DNA of 64,000 bases from an uncultured Chloroflexia bacterium (lineage in GTDB: Bacteria > Chloroflexota > Limnocylindria > Limnocylindrales > CSP1-4), in assembly GCA_963735785.1 (NCBI GenBank), contig CAVTMH010000001.1, positions 161,444-225,443 of the forward strand, in the 5' to 3' direction. A program made the translations under genes and the position numbers. The stretch's first letter is position 1. Every line of letters begins with the position of its first letter. The notes under the pieces are model-generated. The model saw nothing but the letters and a program-made list of their open reading frames with translations, was not told the DNA's origin and searched no databases. Below, in pieces: positions 1-8,170 of the stretch.

Positions 1-59
1 GGCCTTGGGCGCGTGATGGGGCGACGGGGCCGAAGTGCCGGCCGTGGTGTCGGTGGTCA
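1..59 (-). CDS. 5' end of an ORF continuing beyond the left window edge (unknown product)
   Basis: ATG at 59-57 with GGAG about 10 nt upstream. The visible codons (MTTDTTAGTSAPSPHHAPK) have G/C at almost every third position, as in the confirmed genes here. Confidence 0.25.
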
Positions 60-184
60 TTCGGCTGGGACTCCTGCGCTGACGGGCGCGACACGGTCGC
101 GGGGCGGCGAAGTCGGCCGAGTATAGCAGCGGGTCTGGGCGGCCCCCGGAGGGTCGTGGGCGATGCGCGGGGGTTCCATCGCTC

Positions 185-571
185 TCAGCCCGCAACCAGC
201 GCTGAGGCGATCCCGACGGCGATGACGACGAGGATCCCGATGGCGACGCCGACCATCCTGCTGTCTCCCTGGCGTGCGAAGCCGACAGCCGCCGCGATGA
301 CGCGACTCAGGGGAGTGGCGATGACCGTCAGGATCCCCAGCCACAGGAACGCGGCCGGAGCGAGGGCAACGAGGTCTGCGACGAGACGCTCGATGTCCAG
401 CGGCGGGCCGCCTGCCAGCGGTGAGATCCCGGCGGCCAGCAACAGGGCCACCCCGGCCGAGAGCAGCGCGACCGCGACGTATGTGACGGCGATGAGCAGG
501 CGGCCGATGAACCGGTCGAAGTCTCGGGAGCGCCCTGCGGCCGCGGCCGGACCGCGGTTCGGGGAGGTCAC
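185..571 (-). CDS. small integral membrane protein, DUF1634-like
   Basis: 128-aa hydrophobic ORF with the ...ATPLSRVIAAAVGF... segment typical of DUF1634. It has a 4-bp start/stop overlap with the upstream TauE/SafE gene, the usual partner of this family. Confidence 0.55.
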   Translation of the reverse strand: MTSPNRGPAAAAGRSRDFDRFIGRLLIAVTYVAVALLSAGVALLLAAGISPLAGGPPLDIERLVADLVALAPAAFLWLGILTVIATPLSRVIAAAVGFARQGDSRMVGVAIGILVVIAVGIASALVAG

Positions 572-1428
572 GAGATGGCCCGCAGCAGCATCTGGATCGC
601 GGTATAGACGATGACTACCACGAACAGCAGGCGCAGGGAGCGCAGCCCGATCCGGTGGGCGACCCGAGACCCGATGCTCGCGCCCAGAAAGACACCGATC
701 GCGGTCGGACCGGCGACATACGGGTCGATCTCTCCGCGCAACAGGTAGATGACTGCACTGGCAGCCGCGGTGATCCCGATCATGAGATTGCTGGTCGCCG
801 TGGCGACCCGCAGAGGCACGCCCATGGTCACGTGCATGAGCGGCACCTTCACGATGCCGCCGCCGATGCCGAGGAGCGCCGACGCGACCCCGGCCCCCGT
901 CGAACCGATGATGCCGCGGCCGAGGTTGCGGACCTGGTAGTCCGGACCCGCGACGCTCGCCAGGAATGCCGTCCTCATCTCGGCCGGTGGCACGACGTCG
1001 GGCGGCGGGATGGGCTGGCGCTCAGGGGCCGCCACGTCCAGCTGCCCTTCCCCGTCACCCGGGACCGGCGTGGGCGCGCGGAGCATCGACGCCGCCACGT
1101 ACCCGAGGAGGACCGCGAACAGCAGCGAGAGGATCCGCTCGTCGACCAGGAACGCGATGGAGCCTCCGACCAATGCCCCGATCGCGGTGAAAAGCTCCAG
1201 GCTCATTCCCAGCCGGAGGTTCGCGACATGCCGCTCGAGATACACCCCCGCGGCCGCGCTGCTCGTCATGATCACGCACACGAGCGACACGCCCACGGCG
1301 GCTCGCAGGTCCAGCCCGAACCCGAGCGTCAACAGCGGCACGATCAGGATGCCGCCGCCCAGCCCGAGCAACGACCCGAACAGGCCGGCGGCGAGGCCGC
1401 CGGCGAGCATCAGCAGCCCGACGTCCAC
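568..1428 (-). CDS. TauE/SafE-family anion (sulfite) exporter membrane protein
   Basis: 286-aa polytopic ORF with the duplicated G-rich helices (GSLLGLGGGILIVPLL ... ALLGIGGGIVKVPLM) characteristic of TauE/SafE permeases. Confidence 0.8.
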   Translation of the reverse strand: MDVGLLMLAGGLAAGLFGSLLGLGGGILIVPLLTLGFGLDLRAAVGVSLVCVIMTSSAAAGVYLERHVANLRLGMSLELFTAIGALVGGSIAFLVDERILSLLFAVLLGYVAASMLRAPTPVPGDGEGQLDVAAPERQPIPPPDVVPPAEMRTAFLASVAGPDYQVRNLGRGIIGSTGAGVASALLGIGGGIVKVPLMHVTMGVPLRVATATSNLMIGITAAASAVIYLLRGEIDPYVAGPTAIGVFLGASIGSRVAHRIGLRSLRLLFVVVIVYTAIQMLLRAIS

Positions 1429-1458
1429 CTCAGTTCCGCGACGCCATCCGCCCGAGGA

Positions 1459-1725
1459 TCAGGGGCGAAGGTGCTGGGGCGCGTACGGCAGCAGGGCCAC
1501 GTGACGGGCGCGCTTGAGGGCGACCGCCAGCTCGCGCTGGTGCCCGGCGCACGTGCCGGTCTTGCGACGCGGCTCGATCTTGGCTCGCTCGGACAGGTAG
1601 CGGCGGAGGCGGTTGACCTCCTTGTAGTCGATGAGCGAGGTCTTGTCGGCACAGAACGCGCAGACCTTGCGACGTCGTCGATCGCGGTAGAAGTCGTCGC
1701 GCTTGCGGGATCGGGCGGGAGGCAT
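1459..1725 (-). CDS. rpsR: 30S ribosomal protein S18
   Basis: 88 aa. [65 protein letters not shown] matches the conserved S18 core. It is the last gene of an rpsF-ssb-rpsR arrangement. Confidence 0.95.
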   Translation of the reverse strand: MPPARSRKRDDFYRDRRRRKVCAFCADKTSLIDYKEVNRLRRYLSERAKIEPRRKTGTCAGHQRELAVALKRARHVALLPYAPQHLRP

Positions 1726-1753
1726 GGGTCAGGATCTCCTGGTCAGTCGGTGG

Positions 1754-2289
1754 TCAGAATGGAAGGTCGTCGAGATCGGTGTCGTCGGACGGTTGGCGGG
1801 TGGGACGGACGTTGCCGCCTCCCTGGGCGGCCGGACCGCCCGGCCCTGGCCGCCCTGGCCCTGGCCGCTCTGGCCGCCCTCGGGCCCGGCGCCGGAGAAC
1901 GAGCCGCCGCCTGGACCTCCGGCCGATGGGCCGCCGAAGGAGCCTTCGTCGTCGCGGACGCGCTTCTCGAGGTTCACGATGGAGTCGGCGGTGATCTCCA
2001 GGGAGGTGCGCTTCTGGCCGTCGCGGCCTTCGAACTCGCGCGTCTTGAAGCGACCCTCGACGAAGACCTTGTTGCCCTTGCGCAGGCTCTCGGCCATGCG
2101 CTCGGCGCGGTCGCCCCAGACGCTGACGCGGAACCAGTCGGTCTCCTCGACCCACTCGCCGGTCTGCTGGTTCTTGGTGCTCTGATTGACGGCGACGTTG
2201 AACTGGGTCACCGCGCGGTTGGTCGGCGTATAGCGCATCTCGGGATCCGACCCGAGGTTGCCGATGATCATCACCTTGCACAGGGCCAT
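1754..2289 (-). CDS. ssb: single-stranded DNA-binding protein, apparent frameshift in the Gly/Gln-rich linker
   Basis: ATG at 2289 gives the OB-fold MALCKVMIIGNLGSDPEMRYTPTNRAVTQFNVAV...WFRVSVWGDRAE. The canonical acidic tail ...SDDTDLDDLPF* is in another frame, ending at 1754. The span is 536 nt, not a multiple of 3, and the shift lies near 1830-1870 in GGCCAGGGC-type repeats. Confidence 0.85.
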
Positions 2290-2302
2290 CGTCGTGCGCT
2301 CC

Positions 2303-2748
2303 TCAGTCGATGGCGGCCGGGGCCGCCTCGCTCTCGTCCTCGCCGATCCGCTCGGGGACGTCGTCCTCGTCTTCGTCTTCGTAGACGTCGGAGGGCAGCT
2401 CGGCATCCTCACCGTCATCGGCGCCCTCGGCATCCCCGTCCTCACGACGGCTCGGCTTGGCCGGACGCTCGTCGCGGGTCACGAGGTGACGGATGACCTC
2501 CTCGGTGATGAGGAGGCTGTGCTCGAGCTCGGCGAGACGCCCGCCGGTGCCCCGAACAGGACGATGTGGTACGAGCCCTCGCGGAACCGATCGATCGGGT
2601 AGGCCAGCCGTCGGCGGCCCCACGGCGCGACCTTGACGATCTGACCGCCGCCGGCCGTGATCTGACGGGTGACGCGGTCGATGACCGCCTGGCTGCGATC
2701 GTCCGGGACGTCGGGACGGATCACGAGCATGAGTTCGTATCGGCGCAT
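2303..2748 (-). CDS. rpsF: 30S ribosomal protein S6, apparent frameshift
   Basis: ATG at 2748 (GGAAGGAG upstream) gives MRRYELMLVIRPDVPDDRSQAVIDRVTRQI...REGSYHIVLF. The expected continuation ...RLAELEHSLLITEEVIRHLVTRDE plus an acidic tail is in another frame, ending at 2303. The span is 446 nt and the shift lies near 2535-2560. Confidence 0.85.
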
Positions 2749-2925
2749 GCGCGCAGACACTCCTTCCAATGGGAATGCCCCGTTGACGTCGGACACGCCG
2801 ATCGGCACGGAGCGGAAAGGAAACGGGCCGTAGTCTAGCACGGCCGTTTCGAGGAGCCGACCGCCGTTCGATGTATGCTCACCATCACCCCCTGAACCTG
2901 TCAGCCACAGACCATCGGAGGCTCC

Positions 2926-4225
2926 TTGCCCGCCAGCACCATCCTCGTCCTCGAGTCCGTCGCGACCGGGGACGCGTCGCTCGCGCCGCTCCTGACGTCA
3001 GCCGGCTACACCGTCACCCAGACGACCGAGCCTGACGAAGCCTTCGCCAGGCTCGTCGAGCACCAGCTCGCGATCGTCGATGTCGGGACCGGAGACCACG
3101 CCGCCAAGTCGACCAAAGGCGGCAAGGGCGGCAAGGATGCCAAGGCGGCCGTCGAGGCGGTCGCGGTCAAGAGTGGGATCGAACTCTGTCGCGAGATCCG
3201 GGCCACGCCGGCCATGGCCGCGGTCCCGATCCTGTGCGTCGCCAACAGCGACCGACGTCGAGGAGCGCATCGGCTTCCTGGAGGCAGGCGCCGACGACGT
3301 CATCGCCCGGCCGTTCGACGCGCGCGAGGTGGAGGCACGGGTCGAGGCGCTGCTGTTGCGCTTCCAGCGATCCAAGGACCTGGCGCCGGTCATCTCGGCC
3401 GACGGCCTCACGATGGCACGCGCGCGGCGGGTCGTCGCCGTCTACAGCCCCAAGGGCGGCGTCGGGACGACGACCATCGCGACGAACATCGCCGTCGCAG
3501 CCGCACAGCGCCGACCGGACCGGGTCGTGCTCGTCGACCTCGACCTGCAGTTCGGCGGCGTCGCGACCCACCTGAACCTCGACGCCGAAGCAGACCCTGG
3601 CCGACGTCGTCCGCGACGAGAGCGCGCTGCGCGAGCCGGAGCTCTTGCGCACCTACGCGATGCGACACGACAGCGGCCTGCACGTGCTCGCGGCGCCCTC
3701 GTCGCCGGAATCGGCGGAGCTCGTCACGGCCGACCACATCGCGCAACCTCATCTCGGACGCTGCTCGAGGGCTACGAGTCGGTCGTCATCGATGCCGGCT
3801 CCGTGCTCGACGAGCGCACGCTGACGGTCTTCGAGGCGGCCGAGACGATCGTCCTGCCGGTCTACCCCGAGATCTCCGCGCTCAAGGCGATGCACGGGCT
3901 GCTCGACTACCTCAACGAGGCCGGTTCCATCGGGGCCAAGGCGACGTTCGTGCTCAACAACATGTTCGCCCGCGACATCCTCAAGCCGCGCGACATCGAG
4001 GCGGCGCTCGGGACGAAGATCGAGCTGGACCTGCCGTACGACGCGTTCCTCTACCTCAAGGCGGTCAACGAGGGGGTGCCGGTCGTCCTCGGCGCGCCCC
4101 GTTCCCCTGCGGCGGAGCGACTCATGAAGCTGAGCACGACCGCGTTCGGGACCGACGGGGTCGTGGTGCCGGTGGAGACGGCCCCGAAGAAGGCCGGCCG
4201 CTTCGGGCTGTTCCGCCGGGCCTGA
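2926..4225 (+). pseudogene. tadZ: TadZ/CpaE-type pilus-assembly protein (receiver-like domain + MinD/ParA-like ATPase), reading frame broken three times
   Basis: TTG at 2926, 4 nt after GGAGG. The receiver-like part ILVLESVATGD...VPILCVANSD is in the frame of 2926. DVEERIGFLEAGADDVIARPFD...VVAVYSPKGGVGTTTIATNIA...LVDLDLQFGG is in the frame of 3080. QTLADVVRDESALREPELLRTYAMRHDSGLHVLAAP (about 3591-3750) is in the third frame, after which the sequence returns to ...LLEGYESVVIDAGS...PEISALK... Confidence 0.75.
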
Positions 4226-4262
4226 CGAGCCCCGGCCGGGCGCTGCAACGCCGACCCGCCGC

Positions 4263-4343
4263 CTACCGGTCCACGAGGACGATCGCCAGGACGACCACGA
4301 CCGCGACCACGGCGACGATGACCAGGATGACCAGGATCGACAT
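4263..4343 (-). CDS. candidate 26-aa hydrophobic micro-peptide
   Basis: ATG 4343 to TAG 4263 reads MSILVILVIVAVVAVVVVLAIVLVDR, a single transmembrane helix. No convincing SD; below the ORF-track length cut-off. Confidence 0.2.
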   Translation of the reverse strand: MSILVILVIVAVVAVVVVLAIVLVDR

Positions 4344-4368
4344 GGTCGGAGGTTACTCGCGTACCAGG

Positions 4369-4454
<86 letters not shown>

Positions 4455-4512
4455 GAGCTCAAGCCTACTGGGAGCGGCGCCCTGTGGCAGGTCCGTCATC
4501 TGCGTGGAGCCC

Positions 4513-5211
4513 CTAACGGGCAAGCAAACCGATCCCCAGCGCGATGAGCCAGATCGACCAGGCGATGTAGGCGATCGGCACGATGGTCCCGGCAAGGGCC
4601 CAGCGGCGCTCCTCGTTGGGGCCGACGAACTCGAGCGTCCCGACCAGCAGCGCGATGCCGATCGGGATCCCGATGAGGCCGAGCCAGTCCGGGAGCACCG
4701 TGCCCGACATGATCGAGGCGGCGACGAGCAGCGTCCAAAGGCCGGTCAGCAGGTAGCCGAGGTGTTCACCGATCCCGACGCCGAGCAGCCTGTGGAGTGT
4801 GGCGAACACCACCTCGACGGCCTGCCTGGTCGCCGTGTCGTCCGCGCCCTCGGCCGTGACGTAGCGCCGTGCCAGCTCCGGCACCGCGAACGGCCAGCGC
4901 ACCAGGCCGAGCGTTTGGACGAGCGCCGCGGCCGAGCCGATGACGACCGACAGCACGGCGAGCGACACTGGCGCATCAAGGACGACGGCGAGCAGCGCCA
5001 CGAGCGGCAGCATCGCCAATGCGCTCAGCACCAGCGCCTGCCAGCGCAGGACCAGGCCCGACCCGCCCGCCGCGAAGCGCCGGAGGATCTCGTCAGGTTC
5101 CTTGCGCAGGATATTCGGGTAGTCGAATGCTCGCCCAAGCTCGAAGAATGCGAGGTTGAACGCGACGGGGACCGTGACGAGGAGGAGTGCCGCGGCCGAC
5201 TCGACGGTCAC
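4513..5211 (-). CDS. polytopic membrane protein (DUF4386-like)
   Basis: 232-aa ORF with about 6 hydrophobic helices. The family assignment is from memory of DUF4386 size and topology only. Confidence 0.45.
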   Translation of the reverse strand: MTVESAAALLLVTVPVAFNLAFFELGRAFDYPNILRKEPDEILRRFAAGGSGLVLRWQALVLSALAMLPLVALLAVVLDAPVSLAVLSVVIGSAAALVQTLGLVRWPFAVPELARRYVTAEGADDTATRQAVEVVFATLHRLLGVGIGEHLGYLLTGLWTLLVAASIMSGTVLPDWLGLIGIPIGIALLVGTLEFVGPNEERRWALAGTIVPIAYIAWSIWLIALGIGLLAR

Positions 5212-5286
5212 GCCGGCGCCATGGATGCGTACCGATACATGCGGCCAATCTGCCGATCGAGACAGGACGAGTCAAGACGGAGGGTG

Positions 5287-5363
5287 TGGAGGCGACGACC
5301 GGATTCGAACCGGTGAATAGAGGTTTTGCAGACCTCCGTGTTGAACCACTTCACCACGTCGCC
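5287..5363 (-). tRNA. tRNA-Cys (anticodon GCA)
   Basis: The reverse complement reads GGCGACGTGGTGAAGTGG... It has anticodon stem GAGGT/ACCTC with loop CTGCAAA, T-loop TTCGAAT and an encoded CCA. Confidence 0.9.
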
Positions 5364-5396
5364 AGACAGGATTCTACCGGGGATCGGCCCGGTGGA

Positions 5397-5470
5397 TGGC
5401 TGCCCCTCGAGGATTCGAACCTCGGTTCACGGATCCAAAGTCCGCTGTCCTACCACTAGACGAAGGGGCA
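5397..5470 (-). tRNA. tRNA-Gln (anticodon TTG)
   Basis: The reverse complement reads TGCCCCTTCGTCTAGTGGTAGGAC... (U1-A72 pair typical of tRNA-Gln). It has anticodon loop CTTTGGA, T-arm CGAGG-TTCGAAT-CCTCG and an encoded CCA. Confidence 0.9.
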
Positions 5471-5493
5471 GCGGCGCCTTCGGGGAGGATGAA

Positions 5494-5569
5494 TGGAGCG
5501 GAAGACGGGACTCGAACCCGCGACCCTCACCTTGGCAAGGTGATGCTCTACCAACTGAGCCACTTCCGC
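5494..5569 (-). tRNA. tRNA-Gly (anticodon GCC)
   Basis: The reverse complement reads GCGGAAGTGGCTCAGTTGGTAGAGC... It has anticodon loop TTGCCAA, T-loop TTCGAGT and an encoded CCA. Confidence 0.9.
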
Positions 5570-5594
5570 TCGGGTGTCCGACCGCCTCGAAAGG

Positions 5595-5670
5595 TGGTGC
5601 CGAGGGCCAGGATCGAACTGGCGACACCGCGATTTTCAGTCGCGTGCTCTACCGACTGAGCTACCTCGGC
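5595..5670 (-). tRNA. tRNA-Phe (anticodon GAA)
   Basis: The reverse complement reads GCCGAGGTAGCTCAGTCGGTAGAGC... It has anticodon stem CGCGA/TCGCG with loop CTGAAAA and an encoded CCA. Confidence 0.9.
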
Positions 5671-5773
5671 CCGATGGCCAACCGCGTTGGCTGCCCGTCG
5701 GCGGACCGCAGGATACCACGGCCCTTCGCGGGTCTGCCACCGCCCGGCCGGCCCGTGGCGCTCGGTCACGGAG

Positions 5774-6751
5774 CTACTCCAGGCCCGCCAGTTGCGCCTG
5801 CTCCGCCGCGCCAAGCGGCCCCTCGCCGGTGAGCTGGCGCAATCGATTGATCCGGTCGATGATCGGCGGGTGGGTCGACATCAGGCCCGACGATCGCTCC
5901 TCGAATTTCTTGATCGGGTTCGTGAAGTACATGTGCTGGGTGCCGCGGTTGGCGACCTCGAGGACCTCGGCATCGCCGGAGATCTTGGCCAGGGCTCGCT
6001 CGAGACCGTAGGGATTGCGGCTGAGCTCGACGGCCGAGGCGTCCGCCAGGTATTCGCGCTGTCGGTTCACGGCCAGCTGGATGAACCGACTGATGAGCGG
6101 GGCGAGGATGGCCAGGGCGATCGCGATGACGAATACGATCGCCTGGGCCCCTCCCCCGCCGCCGTCCCGGTCACGTCCGCGCGAGCCGCCGCCCCAGAAC
6201 GTGAAGCGCAGGAAGAAGTCGGCGAGGATCGCGATGGCGCCGACCATGACCCCGACGATGAGGGAGAACCGGATATCGAAGTTGCGAACGTGCGAGAGCT
6301 CGTGGGCGATGACGCCCTGCAGCTCCTCCCGGTCGAGCTTCTCCAGCAGCCCGGTCGTGATGGCGAGGGAGGCGTGCTTCGGATCTCGACCTGTCGCGAA
6401 CGCGTTGGGCGCCGTGTCCTCGATGACGTGGACGCGCGGCATCGGCACGTTGGCCGCGATCGACAGCTCGCGCACGACGTTCATCAGCTGTGGCGCCGCC
6501 GCCTCGTCGACCTCGCGGGCACCGCTGACCGAGAGCACGAGCGAATCACCCGCGAAGTACGTACCGATGCCCGCCAGGCCGCCGACGATCAGGGCGAGCG
6601 CGGTCGCCGCGATGCCGCCAGCGGGCTCGCCGGACACCGCAAAGCCGATGGTGAACCCGAGCGCCCCCAGCAGGACGACGACGAACGCCGCCAGGAGGAA
6701 CGAATTCCGCCGGTTGGCGGAGATCTGGTCGTAGAAGGATGAGCCGGCCAC
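5774..6751 (-). CDS. htpX: HtpX-type M48 zinc metalloprotease (membrane)
   Basis: 325 aa with N-terminal TM helices and the HELSHVRNFD zinc motif (HExxH). It is followed by LemA, a frequent partner. Confidence 0.85.
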   Translation of the reverse strand: MAGSSFYDQISANRRNSFLLAAFVVVLLGALGFTIGFAVSGEPAGGIAATALALIVGGLAGIGTYFAGDSLVLSVSGAREVDEAAAPQLMNVVRELSIAANVPMPRVHVIEDTAPNAFATGRDPKHASLAITTGLLEKLDREELQGVIAHELSHVRNFDIRFSLIVGVMVGAIAILADFFLRFTFWGGGSRGRDRDGGGGGAQAIVFVIAIALAILAPLISRFIQLAVNRQREYLADASAVELSRNPYGLERALAKISGDAEVLEVANRGTQHMYFTNPIKKFEERSSGLMSTHPPIIDRINRLRQLTGEGPLGAAEQAQLAGLE

Positions 6752-6773
6752 GGTGCCTCCCGCGGTCCGACGG

Positions 6774-7343
6774 TCAGGTCAGGCTGAGGTCGACGTTCGG
6801 GACGTTCGCGGCCTCAGGCTCGGCGTCGAAGAATTCGCGCCGGGTGAAGCCAAGCGGACCCGCGAGCAGGACGTTCGGGACCGTCGCGATGGCCGTGTTG
6901 TAGTCGAGCACCGTCGCGTTGTAGTGCTGGCGCGAGAACGAGATCTGGTTCTCGGTCGTGGTCAGTTGCTCCTGGAGCTCCAGGACGTTCTGGTTGGCCT
7001 TGAGCTCCGGATAGTTCTCGACGACCGCGAACAGCGAGCGCAGCGTGCTCGTCAGCGCGTTCTCTGCCGCGGCCTGCTGGGCAGGCCCCTGGGAGCCGGC
7101 GGCGACAGCGGCCGCGCGGGCGTTGGTGACGTCGGTCAGGACCTTCTGCTCGAAGCCCATGTAGCCCTTGACCGCGTTCACGAGGTTCGGGATCAGGTCA
7201 TGACGGCGCTTGAGCTGGACCTCGATCTGGGCGAATGCCTCGTCGATGCGCAGGCGCTTCTGCACCAGTGAGTTGTAGATCGCGATCGCCAGGACGACCA
7301 GGACGACGATGACACCGATGACGATCAGTACGAGTGGGTCCAC
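6774..7343 (-). CDS. lemA: LemA family protein
   Basis: 189 aa with one N-terminal TM helix, then YNSLVQKRLRIDEAFAQIEVQLKRRHDLIPNLVNAVKGY..., the conserved LemA core. Confidence 0.85.
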   Translation of the reverse strand: MDPLVLIVIGVIVVLVVLAIAIYNSLVQKRLRIDEAFAQIEVQLKRRHDLIPNLVNAVKGYMGFEQKVLTDVTNARAAAVAAGSQGPAQQAAAENALTSTLRSLFAVVENYPELKANQNVLELQEQLTTTENQISFSRQHYNATVLDYNTAIATVPNVLLAGPLGFTRREFFDAEPEAANVPNVDLSLT

Positions 7344-7429
7344 TACCCCTCCTCCGGTCGGGTGCGCACGGAGCGGCGACCCGTCTGCGCCAGTCTACCA
7401 GCGCGCCATCGCGGTCCGCGATGCGAGGG

Positions 7430-7537
7430 TCATTCCAGCGGCGACTTTCGGTCCAGGGCTCCGGACACGATCAGCCCGAACGTGATCCCGGCCGCGAAGC
7501 CGAGCCACAGCGCGATGGCGAGTAGCACTGGTTCCAT
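7430..7537 (-). CDS. candidate 35-aa membrane micro-protein
   Basis: ATG at 7537 with AGGAG about 10 nt upstream. It reads MEPVLLAIALWLGFAAGITFGLIVSGALDRKSPLE*, has G/C-rich third positions and lies directly upstream of lemA. Confidence 0.3.
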   Translation of the reverse strand: MEPVLLAIALWLGFAAGITFGLIVSGALDRKSPLE

Positions 7538-7791
7538 GGTGTCGAGGCTCCTGCCCCCGGATCGATCCAAGGCCGGCCGACCGGACGCGCAGGGTAGGGT
7601 CGGGTGCGGTCCGCTGGCATTAGGTGGAGTTACCTATCGAAGCGGTGACCCGGCCGGTCGATGGGGGGAGATCGGCTGACCGGGTCGTCCCGAATGGTGG
7701 GCCATGGAGCCCGGCCGGCCAATGGACATACGCCGGCACCCATCGGAGTCATCGCGGATCTCGGGTGCACGGCGCGCGAGCTGCGTGAGGG

Positions 7792-7869
7792 TGGTGGGCG
7801 GTGAGGGACTCGAACCCCCGACATCCTCGGTGTAAGCGAGGCGCTCTGACCGGACTGAGCTAACCGCCC
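7792..7869 (-). tRNA. tRNA-Val (anticodon TAC)
   Basis: The reverse complement reads GGGCGGTTAGCTCAGTCCGGTCAGAGC... It has anticodon stem CCTCG/CGAGG with loop CTTACAC, T-loop TTCGAGT and an encoded CCA. Confidence 0.9.
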
Positions 7870-7943
7870 ATCGCCGCGGAGCGTACACCGCGACCCGGAC
7901 AAGGCAACGACCGCCCTCGTCGGCGGCCGTGATCCGTGCGAAG

Positions 7944-8028
7944 TGGTGCCCAGGCCGGGACTTGAACCCGGATGAGTTGCCTCATACGCCCCTCAAACGT
8001 ACGCGTATACCAATTCCGCCACCTGGGC
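7944..8028 (-). tRNA. tRNA-Leu (anticodon GAG)
   Basis: The reverse complement reads GCCCAGGTGGCGGAATTGGTATACGC... It has anticodon loop TTGAGGG, a long variable arm, T-loop TTCAAGT and an encoded CCA. Confidence 0.85.
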
Positions 8029-8062
8029 AGGTGTCACCGTTTCGTGGGTCCGAAGGGAAGAT

Positions 8063-8149
8063 TGGTACCGAGGGAGGGACTTGAACCCACACGACCTTGC
8101 GGCCACTGGTACCTGAAACCAGCGCGTCTGCCTATTCCGCCACCTCGGC
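8063..8149 (-). tRNA. tRNA-Leu (anticodon CAG)
   Basis: The reverse complement reads GCCGAGGTGGCGGAATAGGCAGACGC... It has anticodon stem CTGGT/ACCAG with loop TTCAGGT, a long variable arm and an encoded CCA. Confidence 0.9.
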
Positions 8150-8170
8150 ACGGACCCGCGTTCGACCGGC

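Noticed and set aside
655-2496. 613-aa plus-strand ORF spanning the TauE, rpsR, ssb and rpsF region
   Set aside because: It is antisense to four recognisable genes, extremely Arg/Asp/Gly/His-rich, and has no family resemblance. It is a typical shadow ORF of GC-rich DNA.
1754-2748. Programmed ribosomal frameshifting in rpsF and ssb
   Set aside because: No slippery heptamer or stimulatory structure was seen at the shift regions, and no such recoding is known for these genes. Indel error or mutation is the simpler explanation.
7538-7791. Known structured RNA (SRP RNA, 6S, tmRNA, RNase P, riboswitch)
   Set aside because: None of the conserved motifs I know for these RNAs (for example the SRP GGAA/AGCA domain-IV loops or the tmRNA tag ORF) could be located. 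It is kept only as a low-interest observation.
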